This document shows positions 57,965 to 64,000 of a stretch of 64,000 nucleotides of DNA, piece by piece (position 1 is the stretch's first letter; each line of letters begins with the position of its first letter). This DNA is from a virus. Lineage: Duplodnaviria; Caudoviricetes. Under the pieces are notes generated by a model, which had not been told where the DNA came from, ran no database searches, and worked only from the letters and a program-made list of their open reading frames with translations. A program made the translations under genes and the position numbers. The stretch lies in the IMG/VR virus record IMGVR_UViG_3300035492_000236; one strand, 5' to 3'.

Positions 57965-58336
57965 TCACCCTATTGGGGTGACTTCAATGGTGTAGCTCAC
58001 CGGACCAAGGACAATAGCATCGAGTCTGAGTCGCTGCTTGCCCATTCGCTGTAAGATGCGGGCGGTGTCTTGCAACAGCGTATCAATACCACATTCCATC
58101 ACCAACAAGGTCAGGTCGTGGCCGCTATATCCAGGCGTGATGTCGCAATCATCAAACCAAGCGGCCAATTCCCGCGATGTCTCGGTCAGATCGTTGTGAT
58201 GTGCTAACAGTTGGGTAACCAACTCACGGATCACATCGTCGTTGCCAATAGGTGCGCGAACCAAATTCACCACATCGGTTTCGTTTAACTTATCCAACAA
58301 ATCCGTGTATGTCACGTCTGAGAAAATCCACTTCAT
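57965..58336 (-). CDS. Hypothetical protein, array member 4
   Basis: 123 aa, RBS AGGAG. Confidence 0.75.
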   Translation of the reverse strand: MKWIFSDVTYTDLLDKLNETDVVNLVRAPIGNDDVIRELVTQLLAHHNDLTETSRELAAWFDDCDITPGYSGHDLTLLVMECGIDTLLQDTARILQRMGKQRLRLDAIVLGPVSYTIEVTPIG

Positions 58337-58345
58337 ACTAAGCTC

Positions 58346-58786
58346 CTAGTTACAATACCCACCTAACTGTAGCCGAGGGTAGTGGATAGCATAATCGTCA
58401 ATCAGTCTAAACTCGGTACGTTTCAATGAACGCGAATAAAACTGATGCACCGCAGACACCACCTGATGGCGATGTCTGCGCACAACCCATCGGTCGGTTG
58501 GATTATCCGGGACGATGCGGGACACGATTAGTTCAGCAGCGCGCGTGTCATATCCGCCGAAGGTAGCTTCTTTGGTGCAAGCACTTAGGAAGAGCTCGAC
58601 TAAATCCACTACCGTTTCTACCACGTCCGTAAAGGTTGACGTGTGGCCCAATTCTTCCAACTCAGCCAGCACTCGGTCCACGGACCACGTTAAATCAATG
58701 ATGACCTTACGGTATCGCCTCTCCGTCGGGAAGAACATAAGGTCCATTCCAACGTTCGTCTCCGTAGGTCTGTCGAAATACGACAT
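58346..58786 (-). CDS. Hypothetical protein, array member 3
   Basis: 146 aa; the true start may be a later Met because the ORF overlaps the upstream gene by 80 nt. Confidence 0.7.
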   Translation of the reverse strand: MSYFDRPTETNVGMDLMFFPTERRYRKVIIDLTWSVDRVLAELEELGHTSTFTDVVETVVDLVELFLSACTKEATFGGYDTRAAELIVSRIVPDNPTDRWVVRRHRHQVVSAVHQFYSRSLKRTEFRLIDDYAIHYPRLQLGGYCN

Positions 58787-59324
58787 GTCGTAAATCCTCG
58801 CCGACTGTCACCGTCAACCGATCACCTTTCAGTGAGGCATCCACAGTCCGCCATTCATCGATGTGTCTGAAGAACGTTCGGCAGTAGTGACGAATTAGGC
58901 CATCGAACCACCCCGTCAGTACCTCATTGAGGGGCTGATGTCGCATCATCACCAATGCCAGCTCTGCTTCGTTACGCCACTGCGGCTCTTCCCGTATTAA
59001 CAACCTTGCCCCATAGTCAAACAGACAGTTGTCGTAATATGCAGGCACTGATTTAAAATGACGGACCATGGCGCCGCAGAGCAGGTTTTGGGATAGCTGC
59101 TCGGTTAACATGGCAACGATTTCCTCAACCCGCTCGGGATTACCGCGTTGACGCACTGTCTGTATTGCTTCGGACAATCGATACACACGGTCTTCACTGT
59201 CCGTGATCGCATGTACGTTGATAATGTCGGCATGCTCTATAATGAATGCCGCCACCTGTTCACGCACCCACCGAAAGTCATACACCAGCCGTTGCTGTCG
59301 CAACTCCGTTTGTTTATTGTTCAC
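58707..59324 (-). CDS. Hypothetical protein, array member 2
   Basis: 205 aa, RBS GAGG. Confidence 0.75.
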   Translation of the reverse strand: MNNKQTELRQQRLVYDFRWVREQVAAFIIEHADIINVHAITDSEDRVYRLSEAIQTVRQRGNPERVEEIVAMLTEQLSQNLLCGAMVRHFKSVPAYYDNCLFDYGARLLIREEPQWRNEAELALVMMRHQPLNEVLTGWFDGLIRHYCRTFFRHIDEWRTVDASLKGDRLTVTVGEDLRHVVFRQTYGDERWNGPYVLPDGEAIP

Positions 59325-59343
59325 ATGACACCTCTTACGATCG

Positions 59344-59691
59344 TCACTCGTACGTCCCCTTAATTACGAACCGGTTACCGCTACGTCGATACCTGATCTC
59401 ATCCACTTGGTAATCAACGGCATTGATGAATGTGCGATTCAACGGTCGGAAGTATGACCGACGTTGCGTCACTTCATTGACTGCCGACCGCACGTACGGT
59501 CTAAGTAGCCCGTTGTGTGCGAAGTAACCGTAGCCAACCACCGCTTCTATCTGGCTGATCAGCAACTCATACATGACCTGGATTGCGAACTCGTTGGTTT
59601 CGACGTACTCGGAATAGTTCTTAAATTGGCGTATGAAGGAAGTGCGAAATGGCTGAATGTCTAATGACATAATCAATACCGTAGGTCGCAT
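59344..59691 (-). CDS. Hypothetical protein, array member 1
   Basis: Start reassigned to MRPTVLIM (59691), RBS GGAG, 33 nt downstream of the promoter motif. Confidence 0.7.
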   Translation of the reverse strand: MRPTVLIMSLDIQPFRTSFIRQFKNYSEYVETNEFAIQVMYELLISQIEAVVGYGYFAHNGLLRPYVRSAVNEVTQRRSYFRPLNRTFINAVDYQVDEIRYRRSGNRFVIKGTYE

Positions 59692-59723
59692 CTTAACCGT
59701 CTCCAAAAAGCTCGTGTCATCCT

Positions 59724-59736
59724 GATAAAATATATC
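59724..59736 (-). promoter_or_regulatory. Candidate early promoter GATATATTTTATC heading the small-gene array
   Basis: Identical to the copy upstream of the RNAP beta gene, with the same 33-nt spacing. Confidence 0.6.
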
Positions 59737-59851
59737 TCTGTGACATTTCATTCTAAAGGGCAGAGCCCTATAGGAATACCGCTCAGGTTAAAAATAAGCG
59801 ACTTTACGGCGATGTTATGTCTACCCTGTACTTACCCATTAGGAGGTCCCT

Positions 59852-60664
59852 ATGGATGCTGTCACGCACGCCATCAACGATGTTAAATACGAGATCCCGG
59901 AAGAGATCTTGAACGATGCTTTTATCGATCGCCGCTCACGTTACATGCGGCGCCCCCAAAGCCTCGATGCTGCTATCCGCGAAACCATCATCGATCGCCG
60001 TATCAAACCCGACTTGGATAACCTGGGTGGAGTGATGGTGGTCATCGACCTTAACGGAGTGCCGTATGAAAAGCTGTCCAATTACGAGCGTATCTACACT
60101 ATCCCACGCTCCAAGACCATGGGTCGTACCATCTCCCAAGTGCTGCGGGTCGGCATGAACGTCACGTCCAACTACCAGGAGCGGATACCTGGTCAGTCGT
60201 CCGCCAGTTTCCAAATATCGCCGGTAGAACGATCGATCCAGTCGGTGGTGGCGTCCCACAACCCCATTCCGAACATCTCGAACGCGGAAGTGGAGATGTT
60301 GGGTGACAATACCTTCAAGATCAACGACTATCAAAACTTTACCACGGACATCTCCCTGGAATGTCTGATCAGCTACACCAAGGAACTGTCTGAGCTTAAA
60401 CGGCCTTACTTCCGTGACTTCTCTCAGTTGGTGGTATTGGCAGTTAAAGCGTACATCTACAAAGAGCTGTCATTGAAGCTGGACCGCACACGGCTGGAAG
60501 GTGGTCGTGACTTCGGTCGTTACAAAGAAATCGTGGATGAGTACCGTGATGCCAACCAGATGTACAACGACTTGTTAGATGAAAAATGGGCCAAGCTACT
60601 ATTACTCAACGATCAGAACCGTAAACAGAAACACATCATCCGCGCGGGCAGTATTCGTTACTAA
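59852..60664 (+). CDS. Conserved phiKZ-like protein, possibly neck/head-completion
   Basis: 270 aa, RBS AGGAGG, TATG (late-promoter-like) at 59816-59819. The C-terminal LAVKAYIY...EIVDEY...W is loosely like T4 gp13-type neck proteins (inference). Confidence 0.55.
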   Translation: MDAVTHAINDVKYEIPEEILNDAFIDRRSRYMRRPQSLDAAIRETIIDRRIKPDLDNLGGVMVVIDLNGVPYEKLSNYERIYTIPRSKTMGRTISQVLRVGMNVTSNYQERIPGQSSASFQISPVERSIQSVVASHNPIPNISNAEVEMLGDNTFKINDYQNFTTDISLECLISYTKELSELKRPYFRDFSQLVVLAVKAYIYKELSLKLDRTRLEGGRDFGRYKEIVDEYRDANQMYNDLLDEKWAKLLLLNDQNRKQKHIIRAGSIRY

Positions 60665-60667
60665 GGC

Positions 60668-60712
60668 AAAAAAAAAGAGGAGGGGAGTCCCCTCCTCCGA
60701 CTGGCTTTTTTA
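60668..60712. terminator. Bidirectional terminator
   Basis: A9-GAGGAGGGG/CCCCTCCTC with a T-run downstream, between convergent genes. Confidence 0.8.
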
Positions 60713-61135
60713 TTCGTCGATTGATTTCACCGGTATGTCCATCGGGTGCACTGTGGAAATCAACAACCGCTCCAAATCACCGTAACGTCCTGGCGAGTAT
60801 TTCATGTCATAGAGGACATGGCCAGAGATGCTGGTGTGTTCCATGGCAAAGGAAGTCACGACATCATCATGGATGTAATTGATGATGGCGCCCTCGTGCA
60901 TGGTTGCCACCACACGCTGAATGACCAGCCCGTCAGTCTTAAAATGTTTCTCCAAGGCCTGACGGAAGGCGTTAAACACCACAATTGATTTAAACCGTGG
61001 GTCGATCGCCACAAACCTCATGTAAGTGATCTTACCCTGAGTGAAGTGGACCTCAAAGCCGTTGATGAAATGTTCAAGCATCAACTCATTCAGACTGTTC
61101 AGTTTCTTGGTAATGTGGGCAGATGGATTGATCAT
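60710..61135 (-). CDS. Hypothetical protein
   Basis: Likely start MINPS (61135, RBS GGAG); alternative TTG at 61147. Confidence 0.7.
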   Translation of the reverse strand: MINPSAHITKKLNSLNELMLEHFINGFEVHFTQGKITYMRFVAIDPRFKSIVVFNAFRQALEKHFKTDGLVIQRVVATMHEGAIINYIHDDVVTSFAMEHTSISGHVLYDMKYSPGRYGDLERLLISTVHPMDIPVKSIDE

Positions 61136-61172
61136 AATAGACTCCAAGATAGATTAACGTTAATGTCTTTAG

Positions 61173-61185
61173 GATGATATATATC
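61173..61185 (-). promoter_or_regulatory. Candidate early promoter GATATATATCATC
   Basis: 38 nt upstream of the 61135 start and immediately downstream of a terminator. Confidence 0.5.
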
Positions 61186-61206
61186 TGAAACAAAATACGA
61201 CGACGC

Positions 61207-61243
61207 AAAAAAAAAAGCGAAGGATGGCGGAAGCCACGCCTCC
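61207..61243 (-). terminator. Probable intrinsic terminator
   Basis: Imperfect GC stem around TGGC-GGAA-GCCA with a 10-nt A-run (U-tract on minus). Confidence 0.55.
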
Positions 61244-61277
61244 GCCTAAAGGTCGGTGACACGTAAGGGTATCTTGC

Positions 61278-61703
61278 TTACGTATGATTCGCCCTGGCAT
61301 AACAAAAAACCGGATCAGTGAGCCCCACCACCAAACGTCGAATGAATTCATTCACTTCCTGCTCTGCATGCTCGTTTGCGACCTTCACTAACACGTCATG
61401 TTCCAAGTGGAACGTGCGCATCACCACCGACTCCATCTGTCGTGTCACCAACCGATGGCGATCAATCAATGACTCGCACAAGTGGCCGAGAGCTGGTTCG
61501 ATGGGCACGCGGATAACATCCCATTCCAGTACTGTCCCGCCCCGATGGAACGCGTTCTGCAACGCTTGGTCATTCCCATTTAAATGGAGCATGGTGCCTA
61601 CTGCACGTTTTATGCAAGCACTACGCACGTCTTCTGTGTCGATGCTGCTGAGCTGCTGCAGCCCTTTAGCGGACCCCAGCAGGATCTCTTTCCACGATAC
61701 CAT
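61278..61703 (-). CDS. Hypothetical protein
   Basis: 141 aa, TAATG-coupled to the upstream gene. Confidence 0.7.
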   Translation of the reverse strand: MVSWKEILLGSAKGLQQLSSIDTEDVRSACIKRAVGTMLHLNGNDQALQNAFHRGGTVLEWDVIRVPIEPALGHLCESLIDRHRLVTRQMESVVMRTFHLEHDVLVKVANEHAEQEVNEFIRRLVVGLTDPVFCYARANHT

Positions 61704-62128
61704 TAATGCACTCTCCCATTATCCCATTTCAGCTGATTGGCTTTCTCCAACCCCAACAATCGCTCTACCATGAAGTCAAACAGATTCAACAAGGGTCCGG
61801 CGTTTTGCGTTGGTGCCACCAGCGTGGTTTCAAAATGATGCTTGATCAAGTACGTCATCACGTCAACCACAGGTATGTCTGACAGTACCTGGTGCTCTGA
61901 GATCCGCAGTAATTCCGCCCAGCTAATGGCCGCAGGCGCTATCGTCAGCGTAATACTAGGTCGGCGGATCCGCACCGGCTTGGCTTCGTTGTGTACTTCT
62001 TCTACGGCTAACTCACGTAGCAATTCAGTCACCCGATCATCGCCGATCAAATGGTTCTTACCATAATCTCCCAGCAAGTAGCCCGACATGAACTCGCTGG
62101 GGGTTAACGTCATCATCTGTGTTTTCAT
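61703..62128 (-). CDS. Hypothetical protein
   Basis: 141 aa, ATGA-coupled to the HAD gene. Confidence 0.7.
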   Translation of the reverse strand: MKTQMMTLTPSEFMSGYLLGDYGKNHLIGDDRVTELLRELAVEEVHNEAKPVRIRRPSITLTIAPAAISWAELLRISEHQVLSDIPVVDVMTYLIKHHFETTLVAPTQNAGPLLNLFDFMVERLLGLEKANQLKWDNGRVH

Positions 62129-62697
62129 TCAGTATTCCTAATTCCCGTTCTGCGCAGGTCGTTTACGCGCCGCAACAGCGCCATACGCTCATGATCGATA
62201 GGCAGACTGGCAATCTCACGGGCCCGTTTAAAGTCGGCGTCTGTGAGCCCTACGGTGGGTTGTACGTGATGCGGCATCATCCCATACTCACGGTAGCTGC
62301 TCCACTGATCATCTAGCACCAGCAACCGCTCAGGCAGCATGATGGTGATGTAATCACCCAAAGCTCGCACTCGTCCCTCACCGCCGCCAGTGTCTTTTAC
62401 TTTATCCAGGATCCGCACACCCAAGAACTCCGCAATCCGCCACACGTCATGCCGTGACCCAAACCAGCTGGAGATCCCCACCACATCCCCATCCAGTTCC
62501 TCCACCAGCACCTGGAACTGTTTCAAGGTGTTGGTGTTCACAAAGTTACCTCGATCAATGAACCGGTACGGCAACTGTGGGTCATTGTGGATGTCTTGAT
62601 ACGTCAGTCCCTGCTCTGTCACTAACTCATACAGCCGAGCATTGTCCGCTCCACTGTTCAATACCCCGTCTATGTCTAATGCAATCAACAGCCGCAT
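62125..62697 (-). CDS. HAD-superfamily phosphatase (HAD_SAK_2 / RNA-repair type)
   Basis: 190 aa. Motif I ALDIDGVLNS, motif II ISSW, motif IV LVLDD, HVQPTVGLT. Confidence 0.8.
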   Translation of the reverse strand: MRLLIALDIDGVLNSGADNARLYELVTEQGLTYQDIHNDPQLPYRFIDRGNFVNTNTLKQFQVLVEELDGDVVGISSWFGSRHDVWRIAEFLGVRILDKVKDTGGGEGRVRALGDYITIMLPERLLVLDDQWSSYREYGMMPHHVQPTVGLTDADFKRAREIASLPIDHERMALLRRVNDLRRTGIRNTE

Positions 62698-62776
62698 GTC
62701 TCACTCCCTCTCAACCTCAAGCATAGGATGCCGCGCCGGCGGCCCCTCATACACACATCTAAGGCTGATTTTCAAA

Positions 62777-63696
62777 TGTCTAAAGGCAGGTCTTAAGGTG
62801 TCTATTGGTTTTCTTAGTTCTTACAAAAGTTAGTGATTTTATCTAAACTAAAACCTTTAAACTAACTTACTCCTTAAAGCTTCTCTAAGGACTACTGAAG
62901 TAACCTTCAATTACCCTTAACTATAGTTAACCTCTTCAAGGTAACCTTGAGATACTTACGGATACTTAATCCTACCCTTATTCCATAAGCTATCTAATCA
63001 TACAACTACTCAACTTGTACTTCGTACTTACTAACTTTACTTATCTTTTTTCTTTTTTCTTTATGTTTCTATATAGTTAATATAGATTATATTTATATAA
63101 TTTATATTATTCATTTCTTTTCTTTATCTTATTTTATTTATATTATCTATATAACTTATATACTTAATATATTTATTATATTTATATATATTATCTATTT
63201 ATTCTCTTTTATTCTTCTCTTTTGTTCTCTCGATGTTCCCCTACCCCCCCTTTCCCCCCCTTCCCCAACCGGGAAGGAGTCACATCTCATACATATATAT
63301 TACGGGTGTAAAAAATAACAGATTGTTAAAAAGCCTTCAAAACCACCCCAAAAACCAAACCAAACTACCACCCAACTTGGCGGATAGTTCCTGTTCTATA
63401 TGCACACAACCATCCAAGGTACGCTAGTTAGATAGGCAGTCAACCGTCGTTACCTAGACTGAACCGATGTAAGCCACCTATAGCGATGCTAGAAAGGGAT
63501 CCAGCTGATAGCGACCGAATGCCCACCAACCTACAATAACACCTCACAGAACACGCTAGAACGCGTTCTGTGGCCTTCCTGGGGGTTTGGTTGCATCAAC
63601 GTGGGCCGTGGCGCGGCTGGCTCCCGTTCTGCCTTAAGACTAACATTAAACAAAGCTTCTTAAAGTGTCTAAAGGCAGGTCTTAAGGTGTCTATTG
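62777..63696. repeat. Perfect 31-bp direct repeat (62777-62807 and 63666-63696)
   Basis: TGTCTAAAGGCAGGTCTTAAGGTGTCTATTG occurs twice, 889 nt apart. Confidence 0.92.
63040..63230. other. Extremely AT-rich, T-skewed non-coding tract (candidate unwinding element)
   Basis: Almost only A/T with TTTA/TATA repeats, in a genome whose coding regions are roughly half GC or more. Confidence 0.7.
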
Positions 63697-63952
63697 TTTA
63701 AACTTTAAACTTTCTAAATATAAAAACTTATAAGGCTATAATAACTCTTATAGAACCAATAAATACAAAAAATAAAACTAAAACTACTTAAAAATACTCT
63801 TAAAATGCTTGTGCTGACGCACCCTTTTCCTCGTCCCTCCGCTTCGCTCTTCTCTTCTCACTCTCACCCCCCTTGGGGGGGGGTCTTCTCTTCCGCTCCG
63901 CGGGTCCCTCCCGCTCGTCCTCTCTCCCCTACCCCCCAATCCCCCCTTCCCC
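63238..63952 (-). repeat. Two conserved G-quadruplex-forming motifs (63238-63266 and 63926-63952)
   Basis: Minus strand GGGG-AA-G7-AAA-G7-TA-GGGG and GGGG-AA-G6-ATT-G6-TA-GGGG. Confidence 0.8.
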
Positions 63953-64000
63953 ATCGAGGGAAGGGAGCATATTTACATAAGTATACAAAGCCTGTAAAAA

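Noticed and set aside
59692-59751. Longer start for array member 1
   Set aside because: Would place the promoter motif inside the CDS; ATG 59691 has the RBS and the standard spacing.
63233-63427. 64 aa Pro-rich ORF
   Set aside because: Arises from the C-runs of the G4 motif and A-runs; no RBS and no coding-like composition.
1-64000. Systematic TATG late promoters
   Set aside because: Several intergenic TATG/CATA words exist (for example near 4506, 22990 and 59816), but a 4-mer cannot be supported without start-site data.
1-64000. Alternative genetic code, inteins, tRNAs, CRISPR arrays, reverse transcriptase/DGR
   Set aside because: Core genes translate full-length in the standard code with normal sizes, and no cloverleaf, repeat-spacer array, intein or RT motif was seen.

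Overview
This 64 kb window comes from a nucleus-forming, phiKZ-like jumbo phage (Chimalliviridae). It carries most of the family's core genes. Structural genes: the major capsid protein (1-1149, minus strand, missing from the ORF track because it runs off the window), a head/neck/baseplate cluster, and a set of internal-head proteins with AxE-type protease sites. Replication and transcription genes: a DnaB-like helicase, both halves of a split family-B DNA polymerase, one virion RNAP subunit and four non-virion RNAP subunits, an SF2 helicase and an SbcD-like nuclease. The phage-nucleus block holds chimallin plus probable PicA and ChmC homologues. phiKZ gp numbers are assigned from recalled synteny plus motifs, not from database searches. 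Main observations beyond routine annotation: (1) an ORF-less 520-nt group IA2 intron (24451-24970) splits the polymerase gene upstream of catalytic motif A; (2) a probable -1 frameshift at a T6 run (30821-30826) would give a G/GT-like chaperone pair; (3) nine small, highly diverged proteins sharing one predicted topology form an array (55569-59691) under one candidate early promoter next to the polymerase and chimallin genes; (4) a non-coding region (62700-64000) contains two conserved G-quadruplex motifs, a perfect 31-bp direct repeat and an extremely AT-rich tract, and is a candidate origin; (5) a CYTH-like enzyme and an HEXXH metalloprotease both carry head-packaging-type N-termini; (6) several nucleus-block proteins have Arg-rich mixed-charge tails; (7) six copies of a candidate early promoter motif occur. 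No tRNA, rRNA or CRISPR array was seen.
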